A DNA stretch of 64,000 nt, from NCBI GenBank assembly GCA_963793695.1, contig CAWCBB010000008.1, forward strand, positions 6,833-70,832. The letters are read 5' to 3'. Shown here piece after piece: positions 12,497 through 23,035 of the stretch. The stretch comes from an uncultured Acidobacteriota bacterium. Lineage in GTDB: Bacteria; Acidobacteriota; Thermoanaerobaculia; Gp7-AA8. The position numbers were made by a program, and so were the translations under genes. Every line of letters begins with the position of its first letter. The first letter of the stretch is position 1. The notes beneath the pieces were generated by a model that saw nothing but the letters and a program-made list of their open reading frames with translations, did not search any database and was not told the DNA's origin.

Positions 12497-12525
12497 AAGG
12501 CCGGCTTTTTCGAGAGGCGCGTGCG
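12497..12525. terminator. probable bidirectional intrinsic terminator hairpin (AGCCGGACAAAGGCCGGCT followed by TTTTT)
   Basis: A GC-rich stem-loop with a T-run on the plus strand and CTTTCT on the minus strand, directly downstream of the lipoprotein stop at 12534. Confidence 0.5.
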
Positions 12526-12533
12526 GCGCGGCC

Positions 12534-13301
12534 CTACTGCTGCGATTTCTGCTGGATGTCCTCGAGCGCCTTCTGCGCCTCGCCCGGCTTATCCTCGAAC
12601 TTCGACATCTCGGTCGCGAGGGCGTTGAGAGTGCTCTCGTACTTGGAGAGCAGCTCGCGGTTGGCCTTGACCGAAGGGTCGACCTGCTCCTGCTGCGCCG
12701 CCATCTCTTTGCGGTTCTTGTCGTACTCGGCGAGCATCCCCGCGAGGGCCTTCTTCGCCTCGGCGTCGGTGGCCGCGTCGTGCTGCTTTTTCAGCTCGTC
12801 GTACGCCTGGTCCATCATCGCCTTCGAGCTCTGCTGGAGCGACTCGGTGAACGCCGCGCCGCTCGCCTCGAGCACGCGCTCCTTCACCCACTGGTACTCG
12901 GCGGTGTTGAAGCCCAGCTCGTGCGCGGCGCGAATGTCCGCGGTCAGGAAGTCGGCGGCCGATCCGAGGGCCTTGAACCCCGCCATGACTCCCGCGATCG
13001 ACTTCTCACCCTTCCCCTCGGCCGATTTCGCCTGCTTCTCCATCTCCTTGCGCGCCACCAGAGCGATCGCCTTTTCCTTCTCCCGGACCTTCAGGTACAT
13101 CTGAATCTGAGCGTCGGTCAGCCGGGCGTCGGCCGGGGGATCGTACGAGTCTTCCGACGTTTTCTCGAGAAGCTCCTTCGTTCCGACGTCTTCGAGGTCG
13201 TCGGAAATCGCGGCCTCATCGACCGCCTTCTTGAGTTTGCATCCAGTGGGGACGAGAAGAAGGAGAAGCAGCCCGAGGGCGAGAGCGATGGAACGACGCA
13301 T
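12534..13301 (-). CDS. hypothetical lipoprotein (lipobox LLVPTGC), charged and coiled-coil-rich
   Basis: MRRSIALALGLLLLLLVPTGCKLKK... The ORF is clean and 255 aa long. Confidence 0.75.
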   Translation of the reverse strand: MRRSIALALGLLLLLLVPTGCKLKKAVDEAAISDDLEDVGTKELLEKTSEDSYDPPADARLTDAQIQMYLKVREKEKAIALVARKEMEKQAKSAEGKGEKSIAGVMAGFKALGSAADFLTADIRAAHELGFNTAEYQWVKERVLEASGAAFTESLQQSSKAMMDQAYDELKKQHDAATDAEAKKALAGMLAEYDKNRKEMAAQQEQVDPSVKANRELLSKYESTLNALATEMSKFEDKPGEAQKALEDIQQKSQQ

Positions 13302-13363
13302 GGATTGATTCCTCCAAATAAGTCACAAAAGTCTACTGAAGCTGCTTCGGGCGTTCAAGCAGC

Positions 13364-14467
13364 TCAGAACTTCCGGCCGAGCTCGCCGAACCCCGTGCGA
13401 AGGAGCTCTTTCAGCTCCGCGTAGTCCTTCCTCAGCGCATGGACGTCCGCGCGGAGCGCCTCGATTTCTCGGCGCAATCCCCCGGCGTCGATTCCCTCCG
13501 ACCGGGGCGCGGTTTTCGCGTCCGGCTCCTCGAACGCGATCGCGACGGGTAGGTCCTCGCCCAGAAGCGCCGCTTCGTCGAGAGCCTCGACGTCGTCGGC
13601 GAGCGCCACCGGGACCGGCACGTCACCGGCGATCGTGGCGGGACGCTCTCGTCCCTCCAGCAGCTGGTCGAGCGAGATCTCCTCGACTTTCTCGTAGCCG
13701 GCCGCGGGATCCCCGAACGGAGCGTCACCGAAGGGAGCGACGTCTTCCGGGGAAAACGAGGCGGCGAAGGGGTTCTGCTCGGGCTCGGTGACGTGCGGGG
13801 CGGGCGCTTCCTGCGTGGCGTGACGCTTGGACTTCTTCTCGTGTTTCGGCTTTGCCGCGGGCTTCGCGGGCGCTTTCCCCTGCAGCTTGTTGATGAGATG
13901 TTTCGCGGTGATCTTCGAGACGAGGGCGAACGTCTCCATCACGCCCTCGCCCTTGATCGCGGAGGATTCCTTCCAGGGGTAGCCTTCGAAGCCGAGCTGC
14001 TCCTCGAGCTCTTCGACCGGGAGGACGCCCGGCAGATCGCGCTTGTTGTACTGGATCACGATCGGGATGTCGTTCGTGTCGATCTCATTCTCACGGAGGT
14101 TCTCCATGAGGTTCTCGAAGCTCTCGCGGTTCGACTCGACGAGCGAGGGCTGGGAATCGGCGACGAAGACGACGGCGTCCGCTCCCTTGAGGACGAGCTT
14201 GCGGGTCTCGTTGTAGAAGACCTGGCCGGGGACCGTGTAGAGCTGGATCTTGAGGTTGAACGCGCCGATCTTGCCCACGTCCACCGGGAGAAGGTCGAAG
14301 AACAGCGTCCGGTCGGTCTTGGTCGCGAGCGAGAGCATCTTGCCGCGAGCCTTCGGGTCGAGCTTGTCGAAGATGACCAGAAGGTTCGTCGTCTTCCCGC
14401 AGAGGCCGGGGCCGTAATAGACGATCTTCGCGGTCATCTCGCGCGTTGCGTGATTGAACAGGACCAT
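13364..14467 (-). CDS. MglA-family Ras-like small GTPase with a C-terminal extension of about 170 aa that is low-complexity and coiled-coil
   Basis: The N-terminal 195 aa align to Myxococcus MglA (KIVYYGPGLCGKTTNL...TDRTLFFDLLP...LYTVPGQVFY...VFVADSQ...IQYNKRDLP). Then comes a KAPAKPAAKPKHEKKSKR... tail ending in a coiled-coil. Confidence 0.8.
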   Translation of the reverse strand: MVLFNHATREMTAKIVYYGPGLCGKTTNLLVIFDKLDPKARGKMLSLATKTDRTLFFDLLPVDVGKIGAFNLKIQLYTVPGQVFYNETRKLVLKGADAVVFVADSQPSLVESNRESFENLMENLRENEIDTNDIPIVIQYNKRDLPGVLPVEELEEQLGFEGYPWKESSAIKGEGVMETFALVSKITAKHLINKLQGKAPAKPAAKPKHEKKSKRHATQEAPAPHVTEPEQNPFAASFSPEDVAPFGDAPFGDPAAGYEKVEEISLDQLLEGRERPATIAGDVPVPVALADDVEALDEAALLGEDLPVAIAFEEPDAKTAPRSEGIDAGGLRREIEALRADVHALRKDYAELKELLRTGFGELGRKF

Positions 14468-14549
14468 CGATCTTCCTTCGAGATTGGCTGGAGGTCAGTA
14501 TCGCACCCGGGGCGGGCGGGGGAAAGGGGAGGGGGGGCAGAGGCAGAGA

Positions 14550-14680
14550 CAAATGCAAAATGCAAAATGCAGAATGCAAAATGAAAAATGCAGAAAGGGC
14601 CCGCGCGACGGTCAGGCCGCGCCCGGCGTGCTCTCGCCCGTTTTTGGACTTTTCATTTTGCATTCTGCATTTTGCATTCG
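14550..14680. repeat. heptamer array family A: inverted pair (AAATGCA)n ... (TGCATTT)n with a 40-nt GC-rich spacer
   Basis: The left arm caaatgcaaaatgcaaaatgcagaatgcaaaatgaaaaatgcagaaaggg and the right arm ccgtttttggacttttcattttgcattctgcattttgcattcg would form a stem of about 30 bp. Confidence 0.8.
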
Positions 14681-14697
14681 TGCGCGGAGCACACGTT

Positions 14698-14988
14698 CTA
14701 TGGGCCGTCATCCTGGCGCAGAACGACCACCGTCGCTCCCCACCCTCCGCCGCTGGCGTCGGCGTCGGCGTAGCTCTCGACGAACTCGAGGCGCTCGAGC
14801 AGGCTGCGGAGGATCCGCCGCTGCACCCCCATGCCTCTGCCGTGGATCAGCCGCACCTGCCGGAATCCCTTCGCCCGCGCCGCCTGGAGGTACTCGCTCG
14901 CCACATCCGCGACCTCGGCGGGACGGAACGGATGGAGGTCGATCGCGTCTTCGATCGGAATCTCGATCGGCTCGTCGGGGTCGCGCAT
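14698..14988 (-). CDS. Smr-domain protein, small and standalone
   Basis: [70 protein letters not shown] is the Smr signature (LDLHG...IHGKG). Confidence 0.7.
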   Translation of the reverse strand: MRDPDEPIEIPIEDAIDLHPFRPAEVADVASEYLQAARAKGFRQVRLIHGRGMGVQRRILRSLLERLEFVESYADADASGGGWGATVVVLRQDDGP

Positions 14989-15136
14989 GGGAGTGGGGGC
15001 GGCGATGATATCGTTCAGGAGCCGCAGGGGGAAGTCGTCCGGGGAAAGGGAGCTCTGGCACGGTCGCCGGTCCCGTTCCCATGCCCCCTTTCCCCTGACT
15101 ACGTTTCCCCGTCCACTCCAAGAGGAACCAACCCAG

Positions 15137-16127
15137 ATGACTACCCTTCTCGAAGAGCTCCAGCGCGTCGGGAGCTTCGAATATACGGCGGAGGACGCCC
15201 GGCGGTTCGAAGAGCTGCACGAAGAGATCCGCGCGCTCAAGAAGGAGCGGAACGCCGTCATCGTCGCGCACAACTACTACCGGCCCGAGATCCTGAAGGT
15301 CGCCGACTTCGTGGGCGATTCGCTCGAGCTCGCGCTGATGGCCTCGAAGGTGACCGAGGCCGACATCATCGATTTCTGCGGCGTCCACTTCATGGCGGAG
15401 ACCGCGAAGATCGTAAACCCCTCGAAGACGGTCCTCCTGCCCAACCTCCTGGCGGGATGTCAGCTCGCCGACTCGGCGCCTGCCGAGGACCTGGCCGCGA
15501 AGATCGAGGAGCTGAAGCGCGAGTATCCCGGACCTGGCCGTCGTCAGCTACGTCAACACGACCGCGGCCGTCAAAGCGCTCTCCACGATCATCTGCACCT
15601 CCGCGAACGCCGCGCGGATGGTCCGCTCGCTCCCGAACCGCAACATCCTCTTCGTTCCCGACCGCAACCTGGCGAACCACGTCGCCGAGCAGGTGCCGGA
15701 GAAGAACATCATTCCGTGGGACGGTTTCTGCTACGTCCATCAGCAGATCACGCCGGGAGAAGTGCAGCGGATCCGCGAGACCGATCCGGATCTGAAGGTC
15801 CTCGTCCACCCCGAATGCCGCCCCGACGTGGCGAGCCTCGCCGACGCGGTCCTCTCCACCTCCGGGATGGTCCGCTATGCGAAGGAGAACGAAGGGAAGC
15901 GCTTCCTCGTGGTCACCGAGTGCGGACTGTCCGACCGGCTCGCGATGGAAGTCCCCGAAAAGCAGTTCCTCAGGGGATGCCGCCTCTGCACCTTCATGAA
16001 GGTGACCACGCTCGAGGACGTCCGCGATTCGCTCAGGCACGTCCGGTACGAGATCGAAGTCCCCGAGCCGATCCGCGTCGAGGCGGAGCGGGCGCTTCGA
16101 GGGATGTTTCAGGTGGAGCAGCGATGA
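15137..16127 (+). CDS. nadA: quinolinate synthase A; one frameshift near nt 15530
   Basis: [20 protein letters not shown]...[28 protein letters not shown]...[13 protein letters not shown], then [15 protein letters not shown]...[11 protein letters not shown]...VHPECRPDV in a second frame. Confidence 0.85.
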
Positions 16128-16585
16128 GCGGCGCGCGGGCCGCGGAGCACGTGGAAGATCACGTTCCGCTCGAGGGGATCCGCGAGACGATCGAGATGGT
16201 CGTCTCGAGCCATGGAGGAGAAGTCCTCGATGTTTCGGCGCCCGACGCGGTCGCGTTCCGGCTGCCCGTCCGGCAGGGGATCGGCGCGAGCGGCGAGATC
16301 AGCGGGACGATCCGGTGGGAAGGAGATCCGGCGGACGGCGCGCTGCGCATCGTTTCGGACGGCGAGGTCACGCGGCCCCGGTGGTCGCACATCGCCATTC
16401 TCATCGCCGGGACCGTCGGCTCCCTGCTCTTCATCCTCTGGCCGTTCTACCCTGCGCTCGGTCCCGCCTCGTGGGTCGGCGGCGCGCTCGCCTTCGCGGC
16501 GTACTTTCTCACCCTTCGCCGTACCCACGGCGGCACCCTCGCGCGCCTCCTCGGCAACATCGCCGACGCGCAGAGGGAAGAGTAG
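16124..16585 (+). CDS. hypothetical membrane protein (153 aa); ATGA overlap with the nadA stop
   Basis: It sits in the open tail of the 14831-16585 ORF. There are two transmembrane helices ([41 protein letters not shown]). Confidence 0.5.
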   Translation: MSGARAAEHVEDHVPLEGIRETIEMVVSSHGGEVLDVSAPDAVAFRLPVRQGIGASGEISGTIRWEGDPADGALRIVSDGEVTRPRWSHIAILIAGTVGSLLFILWPFYPALGPASWVGGALAFAAYFLTLRRTHGGTLARLLGNIADAQREE

Positions 16586-16648
16586 AAACGTTCTTCGTTC
16601 TTCGTTCGTCGACAACGCCTCCGAGAACGGACCACCGCCCGCGACCGT

Positions 16649-18465
16649 TCAGAACCACGGCGTGGTGATCGCGATCGCGGGGATCGCCGCCACGATCCAT
16701 AGGGCGAGAACGGCGAGAGCCGGCGCCAACCGTCGCTGGCGGACGAGCAGCCAGGCTGCCGCCGGGATGCCGAAGAGAACCACGACGCCGGCGAGGGCCA
16801 CGAGCGGGTTTCCCGAGATCCAGCTCGCGAGCGCGGCGACGATGCCGGCGCCCGCGCCGCTGGCGAGGATCCGCAAAAGTCCGGCGGGGCGTTTCAGCCG
16901 CTTTCGTCCCAACGCGTAGATCGCGGACGCGGCCGCGCTGCAGAGGAGCAGGACGCCCGCCGCCCGCCAGGCGTAGGGAATGAGGACGGATCGAAATTCG
17001 AGGGTGTCCGCTCCCGGAGACTTCCGCAGCGCTTCCATCCCCGCGGCCATTCGCGTGAGGTTTCCGCGCGCTTGTTCGTCCAGGCCCTCGACGCGCACGA
17101 GCTCGTCGAGCGAGGAGAAGGGGGAGGCCTTCTGAATGCGCCGCGCCAGGGGGAGATCCACGCCCGGGATCGTGATGAGGTCGACGAGCGATGCTGCGTT
17201 CAGATCGAACGTGTGAGGTCGCGGCAGACCTCGAAACTGATCGAAGAGCGTCGTTCCGGTCGCGAATCCTTCCGCCGCGAGCCAGATCTCGGGCGGAAGT
17301 TCGAGGCTCTGTCCGGGGAAGACTTCGGCGAGTACCGCGGCGATCGCCGGCGCCTCGTCGGGGAATGCCTCGCCGTAGTCGCGGATCAGGGTCCGCGCAT
17401 CGGCCGCCTTCCGCAGCGCGATCACGTGGAAGATCTTCAGGTAGACGTTCTCCAGAGGCGAGACCTCCTCGGCGGATGTTCCGTATCGCCGTAGAACTCC
17501 GGTTCGCGGTACGTCCGCCGAAGGGTCGGGTCGGTCGCCCACCGCCAGAAGAACGTGCTCATCGCCCCTTCGATCGCGAAGAGCTGGGCCGCCGGACGCA
17601 TCGGTTGCGCCGGATCGCCGAGGATGACGCTCTCCATCAGATAGGCGGGATAGGGATCGCCCGACTCGAGCAGACGCTGCGGCACGTCCGGCTCGCGAAC
17701 GAACGCGTTCCGCTTCACCGCGAAGTAGCGGAGCGCGCGCTCGTCGTTGCTGTACCAGACAGGAAATCCGATGCGCATCCGGCCCACGGACGGGATTCGA
17801 GCGGCCAGCTCGTCGCCGTACTGCTCGAGGTGGCGCGTCGCTGCGTCGTCGAGGTCGCGCGCGCGCGAGAGCGCCCGCGTCTCGGGGGCCGCTCCCGCGT
17901 GGTCCACCGCCATCACCTGGAGATGCTCGGCGAACCCTTCGTCGAACGCGACGTAGCGATCCGTCCTCACCCCGACCGCATGCACCTGGTTCGCGCCGGC
18001 CGTGGCCGGCGCCTCCACGCCGAGCTCGTGGAGAATCGCGTGCGCGAGCTCGTGAGGGAAGATCTGGTCCACGGCCCCGAAGCTGCCGTGAAGAGGCCAC
18101 TCGTGGTGGATGTCGATGAAGGGCGTCCCCGGCTTCTTGAGGTCGCCCAGCCAGAAGCCGTAGCGGGGGAATCCGCCCTCCTCGTTGGACAGCAGGAGGT
18201 ATGCGGGCTCGATCCCGCGCCGCGCCCCGATCTGGAGGAACCGGTAGACCCGGAGCATCTCCGCCGCGACGCCGCGGTCGAGGCTCGCGGCGATGCGCGC
18301 GCTCTCGGTGTGCACCGCCAGCACGGGGAGACCCTCGCGCTCCGCGCCGGTCGGGCTCAGCACGACCAGGAGCGGCGGTTCGGCGACCGGCGCCGCGAAC
18401 GCGGCAGCGGAAGGTGTCGCGAGCGGCAGGATCAGGAGGAGGGCTCCAGCGCGCAGGTCCATCAC
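16649..18465 (-). CDS. secreted or membrane protein with a HExxH motif, a C-terminal helix-hairpin-helix and transmembrane helices; one frameshift near nt 17470
   Basis: Signal peptide MMDLRAGALLLILPLATPSAAAFA. Also ...FPHELAHAILHELG..., and in a second frame LNAASLVDLITIPGVDLPLARRIQKASPFSSLDELVRVEGL (HhH) plus 4 transmembrane helices. Confidence 0.65.
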
Positions 18466-18547
18466 AAACCGAGTACGCAGCGACCGGCCGGATGTTTACA
18501 GCGGGCGAAGAACGAAGAACGCCGAACGAAACGAAGGACGCTTCCCC

Positions 18548-20011
18548 CTACCTCAGCATCACCGTCACCGTCGGACTGACGTTTCCCGTGCGATCGACCG
18601 CGGCTGCCGCAATGGCGACGGGGATCGTCCCGAGAGGGATTTCGCGCAGCTCGCCGGAGACGACGTCCGTGACCCAGCGGCCCCCGACGAGCGCGCGGAT
18701 GACCCAGAACTGCGGCGAATCCGGCTCGCCGGGCGAGATGCCGACCGAGCGGCTGATGTCGTTCCACGTCAGCATCGGAGGCGCCGGCGGCGCGTCGTCG
18801 AGCCAGGGGGAGGAGGGGACGAGGGCCGGCTCGGCATAGAGCGTATCGGCGAGCCGCGTGCCCAGGGCCGCCCGGTCCTCGAGATACGGTTTCATGCTGT
18901 AGTGAATCGTCCCGGCGGCCCCCAGCTCGCGCGCGGAGGCGATCTGATGGAGGATCTCCTCGGGATAGAACGCGGTGCGCGAGCCGTTCGCGACCCGGCT
19001 CGGGGCGATGCCGGGCCAGACGTGACGCCGCTTCGGGTTTTGGTCGAGCCACCATCGGAGAAGGGTGGGGAAGCTCCGCACGGGATCCGCGATCGGCCAG
19101 TAGAGCTGAGGCGCGAGATAGTCCACCCATCCCTCTTCGAGCCATCGCTTCGAGTCCGCGTAGATCCCGCTCCAGGCGTCGAACCCTTCGGAGCCCGGCG
19201 GGCTCCCCGGGCGCCAGATTCCGAACGGCGAGACGCCGAAGCGGACGGTCGGCTTCGCGCGGTGGATCTCGGCGCCGAGCTCGCGGATGAGCCGATCGAC
19301 GTTCTCGCGGCGCCAGTCCTCGCGGGACTGCCGCCCGCCACCGGCGAGGTACTTCTGCCACGACGGCTCGTCGGGGAAATCGATCCTCGTGCCGTCGGCT
19401 GCGTTCTCGGGATAGGGGTAGAAGTAGTCGTCGAGGTGGATCCCGTCGACGTCGTAGCGGCGCGTGACGTCGACGACGACCTCGACGGTGCGCCGCCGAA
19501 CCTCATCCTCGCCCGGGTCCATCCAGAGATACGGGCCGTACTCGCGCACGAGCTGCGGCGAGGCCAGGGAGACGTGGTCCGCGGAGGGAGGAAAGAGCGG
19601 CTCGGTGTGGCGGGCACGGTAGGGATTGAACCAGGCGTGAAGCTCGAGCCCTCGCTCGTGCGCCTTCTGAATCGCGAACGCCAGGGGATCCCATCCGGGA
19701 TCCTCTCCCATCTTCCCGGAGAGGAACTCCGACCACGGCTCGATCCGCGAGCGGTACAGCGCATCGGCTGCGGGGCGGACCTGGAAGATGACGGCGTTGA
19801 AATTCAGCTCCTTCGCCCGGTCGAGGAGAGCGAGCAGCTCGCCCTGCTGCTCGTCCCGGCTCAGCCCCGTCCGCGAGGGCCAGTCGATGTTCTTCACCGT
19901 CGCCACCCAGACGCCGCGAAACTCGCGGGCCATCGGCGGGAGCGGAGCGACGGGGGGAGGGGCGCTCGAGCAGGCCGCGAGAAAGAGAACGAGGGGGAGG
20001 AGGCGTTTCAT
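18548..20011 (-). CDS. glycoside-hydrolase-like family 10 (GHL10/YngK-type TIM barrel) lipoprotein
   Basis: MKRLLPLVLFLAACSS... (lipobox), then FRGVWVATVKNIDWPS...NFNAVIFQVRPAADALYRS..EPWSEFL...HAWFNPYRA...GIHLDDYFYP. The ORF is clean. Confidence 0.8.
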   Translation of the reverse strand: MKRLLPLVLFLAACSSAPPPVAPLPPMAREFRGVWVATVKNIDWPSRTGLSRDEQQGELLALLDRAKELNFNAVIFQVRPAADALYRSRIEPWSEFLSGKMGEDPGWDPLAFAIQKAHERGLELHAWFNPYRARHTEPLFPPSADHVSLASPQLVREYGPYLWMDPGEDEVRRRTVEVVVDVTRRYDVDGIHLDDYFYPYPENAADGTRIDFPDEPSWQKYLAGGGRQSREDWRRENVDRLIRELGAEIHRAKPTVRFGVSPFGIWRPGSPPGSEGFDAWSGIYADSKRWLEEGWVDYLAPQLYWPIADPVRSFPTLLRWWLDQNPKRRHVWPGIAPSRVANGSRTAFYPEEILHQIASARELGAAGTIHYSMKPYLEDRAALGTRLADTLYAEPALVPSSPWLDDAPPAPPMLTWNDISRSVGISPGEPDSPQFWVIRALVGGRWVTDVVSGELREIPLGTIPVAIAAAAVDRTGNVSPTVTVMLR

Positions 20012-20027
20012 GGATGGGATAGTGTAA

Positions 20028-20172
20028 TTGCAGATTGCAGATTGCAGATTGCAGATTGCAGATTGTTTTTCCTCCAAAGCGGCGATGGGACTTTGAGGAT
20101 CGGGCACCGATCAGTGATGATGGATGGGGTCGAGGGGTTTCAATCTGCAATCTGCAATCTGAGATCTGCAAT
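20028..20172. repeat. heptamer array family B: (GCAGATT)x5 ... 72-nt spacer ... (AATCTGC)x4
   Basis: ttgcagattgcagattgcagattgcagattgcagattg at 20028-20066 and caatctgcaatctgcaatctgagatctgcaat at 20141-20172. It lies between the GHL10 start (20011) and tRNA-Leu (20180). Confidence 0.8.
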
Positions 20173-20179
20173 CGAGACG

Positions 20180-20269
20180 GCCCCGGTGGCGGAATCTGGT
20201 AGACGCTGCGGACTTAAAATCCGCTGACCCGAAAGGGTCGTGCCGGTTCGAGTCCGGCCCGGGGCACCA
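20180..20269 (+). tRNA. tRNA-Leu (anticodon UAA), class II with a long variable arm, CCA encoded
   Basis: gccccgg tg gcggaatctggtagacgc tgcgga CTTAAAA tccgc tgacccgaaagggtcgtg gccgg ttcgagt ccggc ccggggc a cca. The acceptor stem pairs over 7 bp and the T-loop reads TTCGAGT. Confidence 0.85.
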
Positions 20270-20502
20270 AGACGAGTCTAGATCGCGAGTCTGCCAAGCA
20301 GTCAAGAGTCGAAGAGAATGAAGAATCTGGAGTCCGGGAGAGGATGATGAGCGGCGGTCCGCCGGCGGATTCGACGATCTGCACTCGGCAATCGTCATTC
20401 GGGCACGTGTGCTGGACCGATCATTCTGACATTCTGCAAAATTCTGCGAATGCGACCGGCGCCGCGGAGGCTCCCCGTCCGGCCCCCAGGAGGCACCTCT
20501 CG

Positions 20503-21682
20503 ATGAGCACCGAAGCCCGCGCCGGAACCGGCGCACCCCTCACGCTGCTTTCTGAAGAAGAGACGATGTTCCAGGAGAGCGTGCGGGACTTCGCGATCGA
20601 GAAGATCCGCCCGCTCGTTCACGACATGGACGAGAAGGCGACGATGGATCCCGGGCTGATCCGGAGCTTCTTCGAGCTCGGCGTCATGGGGATCGAAGTT
20701 CCCGAGACGTTCGGCGGGGCGGGATCGACGTTCTTCAACGCGGTCCTCGTCGTCGAGGAGCTCTCCCACGTCGACGCGTCCTGCGGCGTCCTCGTCGACG
20801 TCCAGAACACGCTCGTCAACAACGCCTTCCTCCGCTGGGGGAACGACGAGCAGAAGGCGCGCTACCTGACCAGGCTGACCCGCGACACGATCGGCGCCTA
20901 CGCCCTCTCGGAGGCCGGCTCCGGCTCCGATGCGTTTGCGCTCGCCACGCGCGCCCGCCAGGACGGCGGCGACTGGGTCCTCGAACGGGCAGAAGCTCTG
21001 GATCACGAACGCCGCCGAGGCGGGGGTGTTCATCGTCTTCGCCAACGCGAACCCCGATGCCGGGTACAAGGGGATCACCGCGTTCCTGGTCGAGCGCGAC
21101 TTCCCGGGCTTCACCGTCGGCAAGAGAGAAGACAAGACCGGCATCCGCGCCTCCTCGACCTGCGAGCTGATCCTCGACAACTGCCGCGTCCCGAAGGAAA
21201 ACGTCCTCGGCGAGGTCGGGAAGGGCTACAAGATCGCGATCGAGACGCTCAACGAAGGGCGCATCGGGATCGGCGCGCAGATGATCGGCGTCGCGCGGGG
21301 CGCCCTCGAGCACGCGATCGCCTACTCGAAGGAGCGCAAGCAGTTCGGCAAGCCCATCTCCGAGTTCCAGGGCGTCCAGTTCCAGATCGCTCAGGCGGCG
21401 ACCGACCTCGAGGCGGCCCGGCTCCTGGTCTACAACGCCGCGCGGCTCAAGGACGCCGGCCGGCCGTTCGTCCGCGAGGCCGCCATGGCCAAGCTCTTCT
21501 CCTCCCAGGTCTGCGAGCGCGTGACCTCCGTCTGCGTCGAGATCTTCGGCGGCAACGGCTACACCAAGGAGTACCCCGTCGAGAAGTTCTGGCGCGACTC
21601 GAAGATCGGCGCGATCTACGAAGGCACCTCCAACATGCAGCTGGCGACCATCGCGAAGACGGTGCTCACCGACAGGCTGTAG
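20503..21682 (+). CDS. acyl-CoA dehydrogenase (short/branched-chain type); one frameshift near nt 20985
   Basis: The start follows AGGAGG and reads [37 protein letters not shown]. The second frame reads ...[17 protein letters not shown]...[24 protein letters not shown]...IYEGTSNMQ. Confidence 0.85.
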
Positions 21683-22125
21683 GGAGCTCGCTGGGACCGG
21701 CTGCGCCGGTCCGTTTCTGGTGTGTCAACCGGCGCGGGAAACGGACCGCCACAGGCGGCCCCTCCACCCGGGCAAGAAAAATATTGCGAAATTCCTCACG
21801 AAAACCTACCATGAATTTGCCCATGAAAACCTGCGGTGCCCCTCCCGGTAATATGCGGACGTCCCGGTGGGTCTTCGTGTGCGCCTCGCGCGTCGTCATC
21901 GCTGAAGGCTCTTTGACATAGTCGACCAGTTCCCGCTCCTCCCCTCCACCCGGGGTGAGAAGGAGCGGCCGATCCGGTCCGCGGCATTCGGTGTGGTGGG
22001 TCACGTTGCTAGCGCGTGATACTTCGGTCGCGGGTCCGCCGGAAATACAAGGGGGAGGAGGTACTGCGTTCGATGAGTGATCACAAATCCAAGGAGGGTC
22101 GGAGTTCCTGACTCTCCTACCCCGA

Positions 22126-22151
22126 AGGGCGCCGGCGACGGCGCCCTTTTT
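22126..22151 (+). terminator. intrinsic terminator (GGGCGCCGGCGACGGCGCCC followed by TTTTT) with no annotated gene upstream
   Basis: A perfect GC stem with a T-run. It is preceded by a second hairpin (ggagggtcggagttcctgactctcc) and about 440 bp of apparently non-coding DNA after the ACAD stop. Confidence 0.55.
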
Positions 22152-22162
22152 ACGTCTAGGGG

Positions 22163-22274
<112 letters not shown>

Positions 22275-22330
22275 AGGTTGGCTGCTCACAGATCTGGCAG
22301 CGAAGCAACCCTCCGTCGACTGCTCCCTGC

Positions 22331-23019
22331 CTACTCCCCCAGGATCGCGTCGGCGCCCGGCGCCTTGAGGTAAAGGCGCCCCACGGCGAGGTCGTCGCTC
22401 CGTACCCTCGCGCGCGGGCCGTGAAGCCCTTCACCCTCAGCAGCGCCACCTTCTTGTAGTGAATCGTGTTCAGCTCCACGTAGACGGGGGTTCCCGCGAA
22501 CCGGCTCACCATGGCGGCCGCCGGCTTCGAGATCGTTCCGGCGAACTCGAGCGCGAGCCGCTGGTACTGCGGGTTTTTCGGGATCGCCGTCGTCGTCCAA
22601 ACGTCCATCGACGACTCCGGCCCCAGCTGGATTCGGTAGCGGAGAGCTTCCAGCCCTCCCACCTTTCCTTTGACCGGCGCGGCGACGGGAAACTCCCCCA
22701 TGCCCGGCATCACTTCCCCCTCGGCGTGCGCGAGCGTGAGGAGCATCGACCGGATCTTCGGGAGCGCCACGTCCGCGTAGAGGCGCGAGAGCGGGCTCAG
22801 GACCGTCACGTGCGGGTCGCCGTTCCGGCTGAACGCGCGGAGGAGAGGGGCCTTCGCCGCGACGCCTCCGGGGTAGAGCGTGATCTCGACCGAGCCGAAT
22901 TTCGAAAGGAAAGGAAACGGGGCGGCGGGGTTCGCCTCGAGCTCGAGCCGGTAGCCGGCGGCCATGAGGGTCGATGGGAGGAGAAGGATCGCGAGGAAGG
23001 GGAGGATGACGCGGTTCAT
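22331..23019 (-). CDS. hypothetical secreted protein; one frameshift near nt 22400
   Basis: Signal peptide MNRVILPFLAILLLPSTLMAAG. There are about 200 aa of clean sequence, then the C-terminus continues in the other frame (DDLAVGRLYLKAPGADAILGE*). Confidence 0.6.
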
Positions 23020-23035
23020 TGTGGAAAGCATACAG

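Noticed and set aside
12425-12533. A coding role for the heptamer array at 12450-12482 (it translates to SAICNLQSAICN in several ORFs)
   Set aside because: The same motif appears in the track at every family B locus in different frames. It is intergenic here, between the MITE and a terminator.
14454-15008. ORFs translating to MQNAKCKMQNEKC... (also 40216-40581, 48705-49031 and the tails of 33937-35403 and 48034-49416)
   Set aside because: These are artefacts of reading through the AT-rich AAATGCA heptamer arrays. They show no conservation, and the other strand and frame reproduce the same motif.
16649-16700. The N-terminal 200 aa of ORF 16649-18100 (MASSRQLRGRGPDLPSRARARD...)
   Set aside because: This is the out-of-frame continuation upstream of the frameshift. 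The real N-terminus of this gene is in ORF 17437-18465 (signal peptide MMDLRAGALLLILPLA).
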